Shown: in pieces, positions 36,731-49,579 of the stretch
Position numbering within the stretch: the stretch's first letter is position 1
Layout of the letters: the number at the start of each line of letters is the position of its first letter
Source of the DNA: Heteronotia binoei
Taxonomy: Eukaryota
Direction: 5' to 3'
Length of the DNA: 64,000 nt
Assembly: GCF_032191835.1 (NCBI RefSeq)
Contig: NC_083243.1
Coordinates: 169,818,001-169,882,000, forward strand
Notes under the pieces: model-generated
Told to the model about the DNA's origin: nothing
Database searches by the model: none
The model's input: only the letters and a program-made list of their open reading frames with translations
Translations under genes and position numbers: made by a program

Positions 36731-37368
36731 TCCATCTGACGTCCAAACTTGCTCACTTGCTCCCTCCAGCAAGCTGCCTTTGGCCTAGTCTTTACTGTCT
36801 GTATCTCAGCAGTTTTGGCCAAGACGGTGACTGTGATGATGGCATTCTGTGCTTCCCAGACTGGCAGCTTCCAGAAGTGGATAGATTACAAGCTCCCTGG
36901 AGCTATCACTCTTTGCTGCCCACTAGTCCAAGATGCTTTATGTGTCTTCTGGGTACTAAATGGCCTCCGTTCCCATCACAGAACCCACTGCAGGGAGGAG
37001 CACAAGTGACCTTAGGGTGTGACAAAGGCTTCATGAAGTTCTTCTATATCATGCTGGGCTACCTGGGCTTGCTGGCTACCATAAGCTTAGGAGTGGCTTT
37101 CCCATCTCTTCAGCTGCCAACAGCTTTTAATGAGGCCCAGCACATTGCCATCAGCATGCTAGTCTTCACTTTTGTTTGGGTCTCTTTTGTGGCATCATAT
37201 CTCAGCGCAATAGAGAAGTACATAGTGACTGTGGAGATTTTTGCTATCTTAGCCTCTGGGGCTGGATTGCTGGCATGCCTTTTCTTCCCTAAGTGCTATA
37301 TCATTTTGTTGAGGCCTGAGAAGAACAACAGAAACCACCTTCTGGGGCAAAACTTTACTCAGAAATAG
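36731..37368 (+). pseudogene. Vomeronasal type-2 receptor (class C GPCR) 7TM fragment, TM3 to C-tail
   Basis: RPNLLTCSLQQAAFG..F.VCIS.VLAKT, then after a -1 frameshift (~36955-36963) WPPFP, LGYLGLLA, LP.AFNEA, VEIFAILAS.AGLLAC.FFPKCYIILLRPEKN. The Gly of the I-G-R-P motif is TGA (36737). The terminal TAG belongs to a MITE TIR. Confidence 0.9.
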
Positions 37369-37566
37369 GGTTGCCAACTCTGGGTTGGGAAATTCCTAGA
37401 GATTTGGAGGTGGAGCTAGGGAGTGCAGGGTTTGGGGAGGAGTGGAGCCACAGTGGGATACAGTGCCATAGAGTTTGCCCTCCAGAGCAGCCATTTTTTC
37501 CCTAATCTCTGTTGTCTGGAGATCCATAGTAATTCTGGAAGCTCTTCAGGTCTCACCTGGAAGCTG
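37366..37566. mobile_element. TAGGGTTGCCA-family MITE, right end truncated
   Basis: Left TIR tagggttgccaac; family body also seen near 13900-14035, 24392-24490, 37823-38009, 46275-46493 and 46919-47165. Confidence 0.7.
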
Positions 37567-38569
37567 TGTAAATAAAAAAAAATGCAAAGTATTATAGCTT
37601 CAAGATTACTAAATACACAATAAAGAAATAATATCATCATTCATTTAAAGTATCAAAATTCATTCTAGAGGTAATGTTCAACAATAATAATCATGAAACA
37701 AAAGTTCACCAGTATATTTATACAAAAGTCCACAATGTCTTCAAAAAGTCCATTTAAATGTGCAGATACATTCTTAGAAACAGTTCCTAATGAAAGTGCT
37801 GAAAAGAACTAAACAGTCCTTTTAGGTTTGCCAGCCTCCAGGTGGGACCTGGAGATCTCCTGCTGGCAAAAATCAGCTCCCCTGGAGAAAATGGCTGTTT
37901 TGAAGGGCATGGTACCAAGGTGGGACCCCTCCCCTCCCCAAACCCCACCCTCTCCTGAATCCAATCCCAAAGTCTCCTGTTATTTTCCAACACAGACCTG
38001 GCAACCCTACCTTACTTGAGGTATCAAAATCTCTGCTCTAAGGGTTATTCTTTATACATTCCAAATCCTATCATCAATCTGCTCAGAAAACCTCCAGTCT
38101 TGAACAAGTGTTTGACTTGCTGCTTATTTTGGCAACCATTTATTCCACAGCAGGACCCTTATCCGTAGTATTAGCAATCAACAAGAAAAGAAGAAATTAA
38201 ACAGGAATTTTACCAGTTGGCATTCACTCATACATGAATGAGGAGATTATGGAATGCAGAATTTGTCAGGCTACAAATTATGTCAGTTATCTTTTATCAG
38301 CCTGTCTATTGACCTGCTATTAGAAAAATGGCCCATTACAGTGAATTAGTCTCCAAGATGGGAAAGCTTTTACTATACGTTGCAAGTAATGACCTGAAAT
38401 AATAAGATGCTGTCTAGGAAGCGTATGTTGTAGCACCAATTAAATAGTTAACATCAAAAACTAGTTCCAGAAATGTCTTATTTGCAAATGCACCCCCAAA
38501 AGATGTTGACTCATGTCTTGCAATGACAACCGGTTAAGTGTTGGGGCTGAATGATGTCAGTAGCCCAAG

Positions 38570-39097
38570 TAGGGTTGCCAAGTCCAATTTAAGAAATATC
38601 TGGGGACTTTGGGGGTGGAGCCAGGAGACTTTGGGGGTGGAGCCAGGAGACATTGGGGTGGAGCTAAGATCAAGGCTGTGACAAGCATAATTGAACTCCA
38701 AGGGAGTTCTGGCCATCACATTTAAAGGGACAGCACACCTTTTCAATGCCTTCCTTCCATAGGAAATAATGAAGGATAGGGACACCTTCTTTGGGGGCTC
38801 ATAGAATTGGACCCCCTGGTCCAATCGTTTTGAAACTTGGGGGATATTTTGGGGAGAGGCACAGATGCTGTACCAAACATTTGGTGCCTCTACCTCAAAA
38901 AACAGCCCCCCCGCAGAGCCCCCAATACCTGCGGATCATATCTCCATTATTTTCTATGGGAATAATTCTCCATAGGGAATAATAGAGTTCCCAGCAGACA
39001 TTTCCCCCCCTCCCCCCGCTTTCTGACGACCCTGAAGTGGGGGGAGGGCCTCCAAACCGGGGGATCCCCTGCCCCCACCTGGGGATTGGCAACCCTA
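38570..39097. mobile_element. hAT-type MITE (TAGGGTTGCCA TIR)
   Basis: TIRs tagggttgccaa / ttggcaacccta; perfect TSD agcccaag. Confidence 0.9.
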
Positions 39098-40280
39098 AGC
39101 CCAAGGAAGTGGAGGTCCTCTTCACCCAAGGTGATAAACTGAGGTGTATGCTAATGGAATGTGCCATTCTTGTCTGATGCCTTGAAGATGCCTGATTACA
39201 GCCAGAGTCTTCCCTTCTTTCAGGTAGCTGAGGAAGCTTCTTTCTTAACCTATTTTTTTTTATTTTGAGAGTCAGCGTAGTAGAGTAGTTAGAGGAGTCC
39301 CCAATATGGTGCTTACTGGCACCTTTTCTGATGCTTGCCAAGTATCTTTAGAAAGTGACCAGGGCCAGGTAGCCCAGTAGGGCTTCAGACTGGCTGGAAA
39401 AATTAAAACGTTTCAGCAGCGGCTACCATCAGAATGTTGGTTTTATTCCCTTTCGCAGAGCACTGGGGTTTGCCATGTGTATAATTCTGCCTCCTGTAGT
39501 GGCCACTTTGTGACTGGCTGCACCTCCTGCAGTGACTGTTTTGTGGTGGTGCTCACAAAGGAACTGATCTTGAACCAGTAATCCCAGGAGAATTTCAGGC
39601 CCTAATTGGAGTTTGGAATGGCAACTCAGGTGAGAAACACAGAAGGAAATGAGAGAATCAAGGCTAAGGCTCCATGTAAAGAAAAAAGAAGAAAAAAATT
39701 TCTATAATAAACTCATGTAAATTTATCTCATTCAAACTTCCATCACACTTAATAGCACACAAGTCAAACATTCAAATATACACGGAACGAAAATAGTAAG
39801 AGCAAGAACATCCCGAAGTATTCCACCAATACAGTTCATAAACTGCATTACAGTCACTGCAAAATTTCACCATTCCCAAAATTTCATATTAAGGGGGTAT
39901 TCTGTTCCAAGAAATACTGGAATCACACCATTCAATGCTTTAGTCCAAAAGAAGACTGGAACAACATCCGAAAGAGAAGGCAGCCACAGCTGGAAAAAGC
40001 AAATGAGTCTCTGACTACCAACAACCTCGTTTTCGCGGCGAGCTTCATCTAGGCTTCCAACAATTTTAATACACACTTCAAGGACCTGAATGATCCAATG
40101 CTTTCACTTTCTCGCTCTCCCGTAGGAGGTTGTTGGTATCTACATAAGGAAGAAGGTTGCTACAAGTGCTTCCAAGTTACATGGCAGTGCTTTCTGGAAA
40201 TAAAGGATTATTATGCAGGTTCCCAGAATAAAAATTTATTTGGATGTCTGAGATGTGATTATCTGAGCTGTGGTTATTTA

Positions 40281-41234
40281 TCACATTGCAAACTGCTTGG
40301 TCTTAGCAATAACCCTGTATAAGGCACCCTTCACTTCTGTGTTTCTCAGGCTATAGATTAAAGGGTTGAGCACAGGGGTGACTATTGCATAAAAGACAGA
40401 GACTACCTTGTTGAAGTTGATGACTGATGAGTCAACTTTAGTGCGGACATACATGAAGAAAAGTGTCCCATAGAAGACAGACACCACAGCGAGGTGGGCA
40501 GTACAAGTTGAAAAGGCACGGTGACGCCCTGCCAAAGAGTGAATCTTTAACACTGTAGAGATAATATAGACATATGACACTACTATGATAAAGGAGGAAA
40601 TCAGAAGCACAGCCAGGGAGACCAGGAAATCTATCATCTCTTTTAGGGAAATGTCAGTGCATGAGAGAACAAGGAGTGGGGAAGCATCACAGAAGAAGTG
40701 GTCTATCACATTAGGGCCGCAAAAAGTCAGCTGTGACATGTAGTAAATAGGCAGCACGGGGGTGAGGAGCCCTGCTAGCCATGATCCACCAGTCAGCAGC
40801 AGACAGGTGTCACGACCTACTATTGCTTGGTAACGCAGCGGCACACAGATAGCCACGTAGCGGTCATAGGCCATGGCAGCTAAAAGGAAGCACTCAGTGC
40901 TGCCCAAGAAGGTGAAGAGGTAGAGCTGGGTCAAACAGGCAGAGTAGGAAATTGTCCTACCACTTGAGGATCCAAAACCAGCCAGCATCTTTGGCACTGT
41001 GAGAGAGGTATAACAGATGTCCAAGCATGAAAGGTGAATGAGAAAAAAATACATAGGCGTGTGCAAGTGCTTTTCCATTGCCACAACTAGGATCAGGATA
41101 CCATTCTCCATCAGAGTCAGCAAATACATGACCAGGAAGAAGCAAAAAACAGGCAAATGTCCCTCTTGGATGCTTGTGAAACCCACCATGACAAATTCTG
41201 TTACCAGGGTCCAGTTGTCAGGAGGAGGCCACAT
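40281..41234 (-). CDS. OR6Q1: Olfactory receptor, OR6Q1-like, 317 aa, intact
   Basis: NWT.VTEFVM.GF, TVPKMLAGF, DASPLL.LSC.D, DFLVSLAVLL.SS and FYGTLFFMYV.TKV.SS.INFNKVVSVFY match human OR6Q1 as I recall it; ttgattctctAG acceptor directly abuts the ATG. Confidence 0.93.
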   Translation of the reverse strand: MWPPPDNWTLVTEFVMVGFTSIQEGHLPVFCFFLVMYLLTLMENGILILVVAMEKHLHTPMYFFLIHLSCLDICYTSLTVPKMLAGFGSSSGRTISYSACLTQLYLFTFLGSTECFLLAAMAYDRYVAICVPLRYQAIVGRDTCLLLTGGSWLAGLLTPVLPIYYMSQLTFCGPNVIDHFFCDASPLLVLSCTDISLKEMIDFLVSLAVLLISSFIIVVSYVYIISTVLKIHSLAGRHRAFSTCTAHLAVVSVFYGTLFFMYVRTKVDSSVINFNKVVSVFYAIVTPVLNPLIYSLRNTEVKGALYRVIAKTKQFAM

Positions 41235-42064
41235 CTAGAGAATCAACACAGAATTGTTAAAATATTTGCTCATGGCTAGAATGGAAGGGGGATTGCAAAC
41301 ACTTAAATGTTTGAAGTTTCATTTTTAAAAATAAAAATATGTAATTTTGAATGAACAACTTACTTATTTTCCCTAAACCCTTTCCCTGTGTTTCTGAACC
41401 CACTTCCCAGAAAAAAGTACCCAAGACAGCATACCAGAAGAGCCATTGTGGCATAGTAAGTGCTAGTCCAGGGAAACAGCTCACCTATGAAACTCAGAGA
41501 GTGACCTTGGAGCAGTTGCTCTCAATCCATCTAATTCACCTCAGAAGATCATTTCTGTCAGGATTAACTAGGTAATCACACATAAATTCTACTGCTTAAC
41601 CATGGTCCCCCCCCCCCAATAAACATGGTCTCGATTTCTCAGTTAGGTTAAATATTATTATAGCATTTCATCAATTCCTAACATTCGAAGTTTTGTTGTT
41701 AGCAGACAACACACAAGACTGTTCTGACCAGTCTGACCCAGACGTCTCTGAAGTTCCCTGACTAGCATATCTGAACAAAAAGTCAAGAGTGCCCAATCCA
41801 AACAGAGCCTTCATTCAGCGTAATTTTAGTGTGCTGCGGGGGGGGGGGGGGGGGGGTTGGATTGCCTGTTAATTTCCACAGTTATGATTAAGGTGTGCTG
41901 ATTTAGTCACAGAAGTCACATGACAATGGAAAAATACTTTATTTGATCTTCCATGACAGCAACATCCCACTTAAAGCCCTTAAATAAATCCTAAAAAGCT
42001 GTTAACAACATCTGCTTTTGAGGATTCTAGCTGAAAACGCTGCAGAATCCTTTGACCGTGGATG

Positions 42065-42262
42065 GTGTGTATGTAAAGTGCTGTCAAGTCTCAGCCAATT
42101 TATGGCAACCCCAGTGAGGTGCTTTCAAAGCAAGTGTAAAGCAGAGATGGTGCCATTGCCTTCCTCTGCAGAGCCTTCCTTAGTGGTCTGCCATCCAAGT
42201 ACTGTCCCTTGTTTAGCTTCTAAGATCTGATGAGACTGGGCTATAGCAGGCCACCTTCCCAC
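42065..42262 (-). mobile_element. 5S rRNA-derived SINE (SINE3) with RTE-like tail
   Basis: Minus strand agcccagtctcatcagatcttagaagctaaacaaggg-acagtacttggatggcagacc aligns to 5S rRNA (A and C boxes) with a ~11-nt deletion, followed by ggaaggcaatggca, as in RTE 3' ends. Confidence 0.7.
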
Positions 42263-42959
42263 CCCCTGACTACGAATTACTGTATGTGACATGGCTGAAC
42301 ATTTAACTGATTCATACAATGTTATATGGCAAATATTTGCCTATGAACATTACTGCAAACAATAGACTTACTGAATTTGTATTACTTTGCCCTATTGGGA
42401 AATACCAAACAAAAATTTCCCACACCTGGAGTGTTTTCTCGGTATGTGGGTTCCTCTTGAGATAGAAAGCTTTCCGCACCTGTGTGAAGATCTATTTTGT
42501 CTGCTTACAGACTGTTCAGAACATCTGCCATGCAGTGATCAAACAAAAAAGAGGCCTGTGTATTAATGATGCAGATGTGCGGCTTCACCATGGTGCACAG
42601 GCAGACCTCAACTCAACTGGTCTGTCTGTTGTTGCAGATGGAGGCCTCTAATCATGTACAACCCTCACAGTTCACACTGGCCATGGATGTCGCCTCAAGC
42701 CTGAGCTATAGGTTATTACAGTCAATACAGCCATTTATCCTCAGACCCTGAGTTTATCAACCCAGAAAGTGTAATTTTCTTCCCCTGTAGCTCAGTTTAT
42801 GCCAAAAATTTAATACTTTTTTGTTTTGGCAGCTTACGCATTTGCAGTAAAGTGAGTTGAGTTAGGACTCATTTATCCACTTTATTTTACACACACATGA
42901 ACAAATGACAGCTTATCACAAATTCATTAAACTTTATTCCAGACTAAATTTGTAATAGA

Positions 42960-44085
42960 ACAAAGTAGGAGTCCAGTATCACCTTTAAGTCCAACAAAGT
43001 TTTATTCAGACTGTAAGCTTTCGTATGCATGCATACTTCATCAGACAATAGAATGGGGTACAGTGAGCACAACAACATATAGCTGGTGGGCAGTGGTTAA
43101 GAATGCAAAGCGGTACAAAGTTAGAATCCAATGGCAAAACAGTGAAATTAACAAATTGAAAGAACATTTGGTCTGGATAGCATTTGCATGGGAAACCAAT
43201 AAAACAGTAACATGACAGAATGGGAGAATGATGGTGAGAGTGTCATAAGGCAATAATTGCAGCCTGTTAATTGCTTGCAAGTCTGTGTTAAACTGAGAAC
43301 ATCTCTATCCCAGAGGTATTTATGTCTACCTAATTTACTTTTTAACATGCAACATACATTATAAACATCATTCTAGTTTGCCATTAGAAAAAAAGAATAC
43401 ATTAAAATATAGTGGAAGATGGGTTTAGTATATGTAATGAGATAAACAGCCAATATCTCTTATTTGAGTATGTCAATACAAAAAACATTATTCTGATACA
43501 CTATTATAAAAGAGAAATACATTTTGAATACTGTGGATATATAGCTATACTTGGTGAGAATGGATTTGGCATATGTAATGAGATAAGAAACCAATATCCC
43601 TGTTCAGTCCTGGGGAGGTGTTTGTTCCAAGTTTCATAATAATTTGTAGTTCAGCAATTTCCCTTTCCATTCTGTTCTTAAAGTTCCTTTGCAGTAAAAC
43701 AGCTACTTTGGGGTCACCCATTGAATGTTCTGGAAGGTTAAAGTGTTCTATCGGTTTCTCAGTTTTGTAATTCCTGATGTCAGATTTGTGTCCATTTATC
43801 CTTTGGCGAAGGATTTGTTCTATTTGCCTATGTAAAGAACTGAAGGGCATTGTTGGCATTTAATGGCATATATAATGTTGGAAGATGAACAAGTGAATAA
43901 ACCTGAGATGGTGTAGTTAATGCTGTTAGGTCCAGTGATTGTGTTGCCTGGGTGTATGTGGCAACAAAGTTGGCAGTTGGGTTTATTGCAAGCTCTGGTA
44001 CTGGTGTCTATGCTCAAATGAGATGTTGTATTGTTGTGGGTGAGGAGTTGTTTGAGATTAGGGGGCTGTCTGTGTACAAGAAAAG
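42960..44085 (-). mobile_element. Penelope-like element 3' part with GIY-YIG endonuclease
   Basis: CNKPNCQLC, FTCSSSNIIYAIKCQQCPSVLYIG, LRQRINGHKSDIRN, HFNLPEHS, RE.AE..II.KL, GLNRD.GFLSHY. Confidence 0.9.
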
Positions 44086-47000
44086 GTTTACCCCCCAGTA
44101 CTTTTGAAAGAGAGCCGTCACTGTAAGTCTTTCTTGTTATAGCACATGACTTGTTGTCAGACTTTTTAACGCTCTAACAGAGCCTCTCACAATAAGTACA
44201 CAATGGCATTTTTTCCTGTGCCAAAGGTTGACCACAGAAATATCTGTGGGCTGATTCACATGTAAGTGAGCTTAAATGATAGGTATGATCCTCATTGCAT
44301 GGTCAAAACTGATCTACATGGAGTTTTAGCTACTTGACTGCCCCAGCCATTATGCCTTCTGAATTCACTATTCCTGCCCTCCTCAGAAGATATTTTTATT
44401 TATGTAAAACATCCTTTTTTTGCATAAATCACTCTAAATTAGGCTGGGTCAAATCATGGATTCATGCAGTCCAGTGTACTACTTCTGATGGCACTTTTGT
44501 TTTCAGCAAACTAGTCTGTCAGGCTGCAACTCAACAAAAGAACCATACTAGAGTTCTGCTTTTAAAAGCCCACAGGCGATCCTGGAATCATTCTAGGTAA
44601 ACCAAAAAGCCAACATATTCCAATCAGACCAATTTGACCCCAGCAGAGTGCTTGAGAATGGCTGCCCCCTAGTGCTTCAAAAGGAATTACAAGCATGGTG
44701 GATGCAAACCTCACAAGTTCTTCCTACCCAAAAATAATGTAGGAGAAAATGGCTACATATATGAAGCACACATTTTTACATCATACCTCCAACCTTGTTG
44801 CTTATTGTGCATTTTCTCTTCTACCCTCCTGAGTTTTTGCTTCTGTCCTTGCACAACCTTTGCAAGAGCCGCCTTTCTCTTCTGCTGCCAACTGAGCCTC
44901 ACACTTTTGTGGATTTGACAAAGTGGGCTATTAGTGGGTCACAAAATTTTATGTCACCAGAAATCAGTTGATCTTTGAGCTGCCTATTTTGCTCCAATAG
45001 ACTAAACATGGCTGCCTCCCTGGAATTTGTTCTTTGCTTATAACATATGAAGGTCTGAACTGTTATGATTAAAATGCATATGGGGTGATAAGTATCAGAA
45101 TGTCATAGCAAAACCCTTCCAGCTCTGGCATTACCTATTTTTCTGCTTTTAGCAGTTTCTGTCCCATAAAATCTAGGTGCATCCTCTGATTCATTACTAG
45201 ATGTTGCCCATTCTTAGGAATACCATCTACCTTAATCCCACCCCATGAAGGCTGCCTTATATGGTTTCATGTAGAAGCTATCAGTATCTGGTGAGCCACA
45301 TGAATGCAGTAGCTCATAGCCAGCCCCAGCAGCTCTTCCTCTGTAACCACAATATGCCAAGAGATCTGTGATAAGATGGAGAAAATGGTCCAGTCCACAT
45401 GGGGGCAGCTGCCAGCCGGAATGTTTTAATTTGACCTCCTCATAATAGACACAACACATGCGTGTGCCTTGAGAATAGAGACTAGGCCAAGATGGACCAT
45501 TGGCTTCATCCAACTGATAATTTCAGCATGTTTCTTAGAATCAATTATCCCTCTAAAGTTACATTACTCACCATCCAATACACACTTGACCAACTCTGCT
45601 TATCTTGCCATTCTCCTTATATAGTGAAGAAGGGTGTCTGGGATTGTCTCCTTGGATCACATCATTGCTTTTCAGTCAAGTGCCTGGATCAATGGTCAAG
45701 AACAAACAATATATGTGTCCTCTAAAATGGCTTAGGTTATTACATAAGCCTCCTCATTCCCCGCCAAAGACACCAGGGAATGCAGTCCCCAATAGAAAGC
45801 AAAAACAGGGTAATGAGTAGCTAGGGAACATCAAAACTCACAGGTTAGTTATAGAGATCTCTGTACATATATTGGGTTCTGATAATTGTTAAAATTCCAT
45901 TTCAGAGGGAATTCAAAATATATCACCTTAGTCTGGAAAGACTGCAGGGGGGGGATATCTGTTGGGTCAGTCACCAGCATCCTACTGTGGTAATGACATT
46001 GCTGTATTGAATGCTCAGGGCCTTTCAGCCAAAGGATTGGTTTGTACAGGCATGCACTGTTCACTGTACATCTGATGACCTTGCAAGTGAATGTGTGAAC
46101 TGACTCCTTTAAAAAGGATTAAACCCAAGGTGATATGACAGTTCTCTCTCAGACTTAGTGATTCATTCACACATGTAAATCACTACTTGAATCTACAACC
46201 AGGTGATGAGCATGTATGTATGAACCAGTTCTAAGTACATTCTTGACTGCATTTTAGCATTTGTCCTGCACTCTTAGGGTTGCCAACCTCCAGATGGCGT
46301 CTGGAGCTCTCCTGAGATTACAACTGAACTCCAGGTGGTAGGAATCAGCTCACCTGGAACAAATAGCCTCTTTGGAAGGTGGACTCTATGCTGTTATACC
46401 CAATTGAAGTCCTTCCCCTCCCCAGACCCTGCCGTCCTCAGGCTCAACTCCCCAAACCTCGAGGTATTTCCCAACCGGGAGCTGTCAACGCTAACTTTGT
46501 TCACTCTTTGACTCTGTAAATTCCTCACTGCCAGCATGCCTGCTGATAAAGAGCAGTGGCAACGGGGCATCCACATATCAGGTTTCCTGGCCCCTGGCCA
46601 CATAGCAGATTTATGTAGGAAAAGCCCAGCAGGAACTCATTTGCATATTAGGCCCCACCCCCTGATGCCAAGCCAGCCAGAACCGCGTTCCTGCTAAAAA
46701 AAAAAGCCCTGGCCACACCAATATGTGTGCCAGGTTCTCTGAATGCCCAGGTTCTCTTTCTTTTTACAAAGTAAGTCACTGGCCCAAGGAAGGCTTTTAA
46801 AAAAAAGAAAGCTGGATGTTCAGAGGGCCTGGTGCACGTATTGGTGTGATGTTATATCAGTATAACAATATTCTAGTGCTGATTTTTAAAAATGGCAATA
46901 GTCCTGGTGGCCCAGGGATAGGGTTGCCAGGTCTCCCTTGCCCAATAGCTGGGAATGGGGGGTAGGGGTTGCTAGATCTAGCTTGGGAAGCTCCTGGAGA

Positions 47001-48153
47001 TTTAGGGGTGGAGTCTGGGAAGGACTGAGGCACCACTGCGGTTCAGTGCCATACAGTCCATCCTCCAAAGCATCCATTCTCTCCAGGGGAACTGATCTGT
47101 TTAGTCTGGAGATGAACTGTAATTCCAGGTTATCCCCAAGTCCCACCTGAAGGCTGACATCCCTACCTTGGAAAGAGGTAGTAGCTGCTGTTGCTAGGGA
47201 ACAAGGGCAGGGAAACTTTATCAGCAGACGCACCAGCAGTGCAGAAACATGCAAACCTATCCCTGATTAGAAAGCACCAGGAATTAACCTCAGTATTTGG
47301 TGGTAATTCATAGAATGCAGGACTCTGTGGGCTAGAAGGGGATTTGGTCTTGAAATGCAGGAATGTAGTAGATAGTTGGAAGGACAGAAAGCTGGATGGA
47401 CTGAACCTTTTATTGTGTTTCAGTTACCTATTCCCAAGGAAGGCCTCATTCCTAGAAGTCATCAGCCTTGACTTGAGAGACAGAAGAGGCCATGGACACA
47501 AAACAATGAGTGGATATAGCTCTTTCAGAGCCAGACTTTGAAAAGTTTTCTGGCTTTTGTCTGTCCCAGTTAAAAATAGCATTTCACCCTTCAATAATCT
47601 CATAACCCTTTGGCAACCATTAATTTAGTCTTTCCAGTGAGTAAATAGCATGGAACAGTCACTTACGGTACATTATGTGAATTAACAGGGGGAAAGAATT
47701 CCAGTGATTTGTCCAGGACTGGGGCAGTAGCTGTGTCAGGCTTAACAAACATAATTCTCAGCTTCAGTGGTAGGAAATCAGTCTCTGTGAGGAGAATTTT
47801 AACTCACTTCTGCTTCCCTACATTTTTATTGGTATCAGGGTACCTGTCTAACATGTTCCTTACTACATGACCAGACTCCACAGTAACCAGATTCCTAGGA
47901 AGTTATATATTCATCCCCCCCAAAAAACCCCACATGTACTACTTTTTATTATGATCATCCAAATAACACAACGCAATTTGCAAGCTTTCATGTACAACAG
48001 AATTCTCCATCAGACTAGATCTTCAAAAGAAAAAAGGAGGAGGGGATCTGGCCACTAGGCTGTTTAAGATGTGTGTCGCAGCTGATTTCAGTGAACAAAA
48101 GGGTGTGGCTCATTTCATGCTGTAGTACAACTGGATGCAATATAATTGGAAAT

Positions 48154-48800
48154 ATTTGGAGTACTGTGTACAATTCTGGTACATTTGGAGTACTGTGTAC
48201 AATTCTGGTCACCGCACCTCAAAAAGGATATTATAGCATTGGAAAAACTGCAGAATAGGGCAACTAGAATGATTAAAGGTTTGGAACACTTTCCCTATGA
48301 AGAAAGGTTAAAACGCTTGGGGCTCTTTAGCTTGGAGAAACGTCGACTGCGGGGTGACATGATAGAGGTTTACAAGATTATGCATGGGATGGAGAAAGTA
48401 GAGTAAGAAGTACTTTTCTTCCTTTCTCACAATACAATAACTCGTGGGCATTCAATGAAATTGCTGAGCAGTAAGGTTAGAACGGATAAAAGGAAGTACT
48501 TCACCCAAAGGGTGATTAACATGTGGAATTCACTGCTACAGGAGGTGGCGGCGGCTACAAGCATAGCCAGCTTCAAGAGGGGTTTGGATAAAAATATGGA
48601 GCAGAGGTCCATCAGTGGCTATTAGCCACAGCATATTATTGGAACTGTCTGGGGCAGTGATGCTCTGTATTCTTGGTGCTTGTGGGGGGGGGCAAAGTGA
48701 AAAGGCTTCTAGCCCCACTTATGAACCTCCTTTCTTTTTTGGCCACTGTGTGACACAGTGTTGGACTGGATGGGCCATGGCTTCTCTTATGTTCTTATGA
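48154..48800 (+). mobile_element. CR1 LINE, 5'-truncated 3' portion
   Basis: [62 protein letters not shown]; cttatgttcttatg 3' repeats. Confidence 0.93.
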
Positions 48801-48984
48801 AATATTTAAAAACAACAACCAGAAGTTAGTTAAATGTTTTGCTGATGCCAAGTGGAACTCATAGGTCCCCTTTCAATAATGTCTGGTTTTTAGAGTTTCA
48901 GTTGGATGGCTTTTACGTTTTGTTCCTTCTTCCTAGAATGCAATGGGTTAAATGTGGGCTGTTCTGCTATTATATAAATATGAG

Positions 48985-49160
48985 AGCCAGTGTAGTCTGG
49001 TAGTTAGAGATTCAAGCTAGGGCCTGGAAGTCCCAGATTCAAATCCCCACTCTGCCATGGAAGTTTGCTGGGTGGCCTTGGGCCAATCACTCTCTCTCTG
49101 TCTTCTCAGGGCACTTTTGAGGATAAAATGGAGAAGAGTCTCCACTGGGGAGAAAAACAG
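48985..49160 (+). mobile_element. tRNA-derived SINE
   Basis: gtgtagtctggtagttagag A-box-like and cccagattcaaatccc B-box-like motifs; related remnants near 32410-32500 and 41435-41580. Confidence 0.6.
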
Positions 49161-49579
49161 ATTTCGCACTAGACTTTTAATCCTGGATTAGCCCTGTCCC
49201 CAAGATGACACTCTACACTAAAATCATAGAGCCATAGAGTTGGTTTCTCTGTTTCTCTGAGTCTAGTGTAGAATGTTAGTTTGGGGGCAGTGTTAAATCA
49301 GGATTAGAGGTCTAGTGCAAAATTGGCCAACGGAGTAAATAAACAAACAGTCATAAAATGCCAATTAGTGGGAAAGGACTATCCTGTCAGGAAATCCACA
49401 GTTCAAGTCATGTGTTGATATGTTCTTTAAATTATATTAGATCATATTTTACTAAAACTGTCTTTCTTTACATTTAAATTACAGTCCTGAGCCATTGCAA
49501 ACAAGAAGTACTTTTAAAAATACATAGACTTTGGGGGAAAAAATCTTCAGCACAAATGCACATACAGTTTCAGCAGCAA

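Noticed and set aside
39660-40090. Possible Penelope terminal-repeat segment (cgttttcgc…gcttcatc)
   Set aside because: Only a short signature motif; boundaries cannot be supported.
41838-41856. G19 homopolymer as a G-quadruplex site
   Set aside because: Homopolymer length is unreliable in assemblies and there is no supporting context.
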